64,000 nucleotides of DNA from Patescibacteria group bacterium (GTDB taxonomy: Bacteria; Patescibacteriota; Patescibacteriia; UBA1558; GWA2-36-10). Positions 62,903-64,000 of this stretch are shown in pieces (the first letter of the stretch is position 1; each line of letters opens with the position of its first letter). Under the pieces are notes generated by a model, which ran no database searches, was not told the origin of the DNA, and worked only from the letters and a program-made list of their open reading frames with translations. The translations under genes and the position numbers were made by a program. The stretch covers positions 5,030 through 69,029 of the forward strand of contig JBAZKN010000002.1 in the NCBI GenBank assembly GCA_041650755.1, given 5' to 3'.

Positions 62903-64000
62903 GTGCCTATCAAAGAATCGCTAAAAAATAAAGCAGCCTTTTTAAAAATAAAATTTATTTGGTTTATTTTGGCGTTAGTATTTATTTTTATAGTGGCCAT
63001 GCTGTGGACGCCAAAACATTCCTTGCCAGCCATTAGCTATTTGCCCCAAGATACTGTTTTTTATTATCAATGGTCCAATCAAGAAACATTTAATCAGCAG
63101 GTTTTGGCTAAATTACCAATTATTGATGCCAGTATCCCCCAAGAGCAGCTTAGCAAATTGCAGCAGATACTTTTGGATGGTTTTGGCCAAGCCAAAGAGA
63201 TTGTTTGGTTCAAAGTAAAGGACGATAGTGACGATCACTATTTGGTTCGTTTCGATAAATCTAGGTCCATTCTCAAGTGGCTGCAAGAATATCAGATTGA
63301 TTACCTTTTTGTTGAGCCAGGTAAAAATGTTATTTTGATTTCCCATTCAGCTAGTCTTGTAGCTTCGGCGGATAGCGGAGCGCACTTTGATGTTTCAGAG
63401 AACGATTTGGGTCAGGGCGTGAATATATATTGGTCCACCCAGGACTCTCCGCAATTTTTAAAAAATTTATCTGCTTGGCTGAAAATTTCTACTGATAATC
63501 CCCATGTCTATACCAATATCAAGCTGCTGGATTCTGGTAAAACATCCTTTAATCTTTGGCAAGATAAACTACGCAAAGTGATAAACTCCACTTCTACAGT
63601 TACGTGGCCCAATGACGCCCAAATTCCTTATAACATTGATTTGGCCCTAGGTTTTTCTAGCGGTTTAAATCAAGAGGAGCAGGGTTTGATAAAAAGTTAT
63701 ATTTTGCAGCCGCTATTTGCCGACTTACCATATTATAAATTGGGAGAAAAAGATATGGCCAGGCTAATGCAGGGTAATTTTATCCTAAAAAATAGTGACG
63801 GTTGGCTGATGATGAGTCGATTAGATTGGCAGAGCCAAGCAGCTGCTTTACTGCCCAGTTTTGATTTAACTGAAGTTAAAAAAGTTCTGCCTGATGGCAC
63901 GGCCTATATAGAGTATTTAGCCAGCTCTACTCAAGCCATCAATAGCCAGGATAAGAATAACCAGAATGTCAAACAATACGATTATCGGAGCCATGTCTAT
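62903..64000 (+). CDS. membrane-anchored hypothetical protein (truncated by window edge)
   Basis: Manual from GTG 62903: MPIKESLKNKAAFLKIKFIWFILALVFIFIVAMLWTPK...YLPQDT; appears open to the window end. Confidence 0.6.
   Translation, partial: MPIKESLKNKAAFLKIKFIWFILALVFIFIVAMLWTPKHSLPAISYLPQDTVFYYQWSNQETFNQQVLAKLPIIDASIPQEQLSKLQQILLDGFGQAKEIVWFKVKDDSDDHYLVRFDKSRSILKWLQEYQIDYLFVEPGKNVILISHSASLVASADSGAHFDVSENDLGQGVNIYWSTQDSPQFLKNLSAWLKISTDNPHVYTNIKLLDSGKTSFNLWQDKLRKVINSTSTVTWPNDAQIPYNIDLALGFSSGLNQEEQGLIKSYILQPLFADLPYYKLGEKDMARLMQGNFILKNSDGWLMMSRLDWQSQAAALLPSFDLTEVKKVLPDGTAYIEYLASSTQAINSQDKNNQNVKQYDYRSHVY

Overview
Chromosomal window of an AT-rich bacterium using the standard code (TGA = stop). 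Gene content (archaeal-type Cmk and ProS, PilT, pilin, OOR, NrdJ, DUF2207, SdpRI, genes without Shine-Dalgarno sites) suggests a Patescibacteria/CPR (Parcubacteria-like) genome; this is inference. Backbone genes include rluA, pilT, a cobalamin-salvage trio near class II RNR with NrdR boxes, an Fe-S/oxidative-stress operon, korAB, rpe/rpiB, purA, two ECF sigma modules, a MacAB-like exporter, proS, mgtA, rpsO and pnp. There are four intact tRNAs. No CRISPR array, rRNA or transposase was seen. The main unexplained structures are: (1) about ten self-contained GC-rich cassettes, most with a consensus sigma70 promoter, a strong Shine-Dalgarno site and a terminator, scattered among SD-poor AT-rich genes; (2) tRNA loci where intact genes sit beside broken alleles carrying palindromic inserts, with a free-standing LAGLIDADG-HTH gene and a 44-bp direct-repeat-bounded islet at tRNA-His; (3) a nested REP-like hairpin family and a covarying three-way-junction element; (4) ECF promoter motifs readable directly from the sequence. 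All functional calls come from motif recognition by eye; no searches were run.
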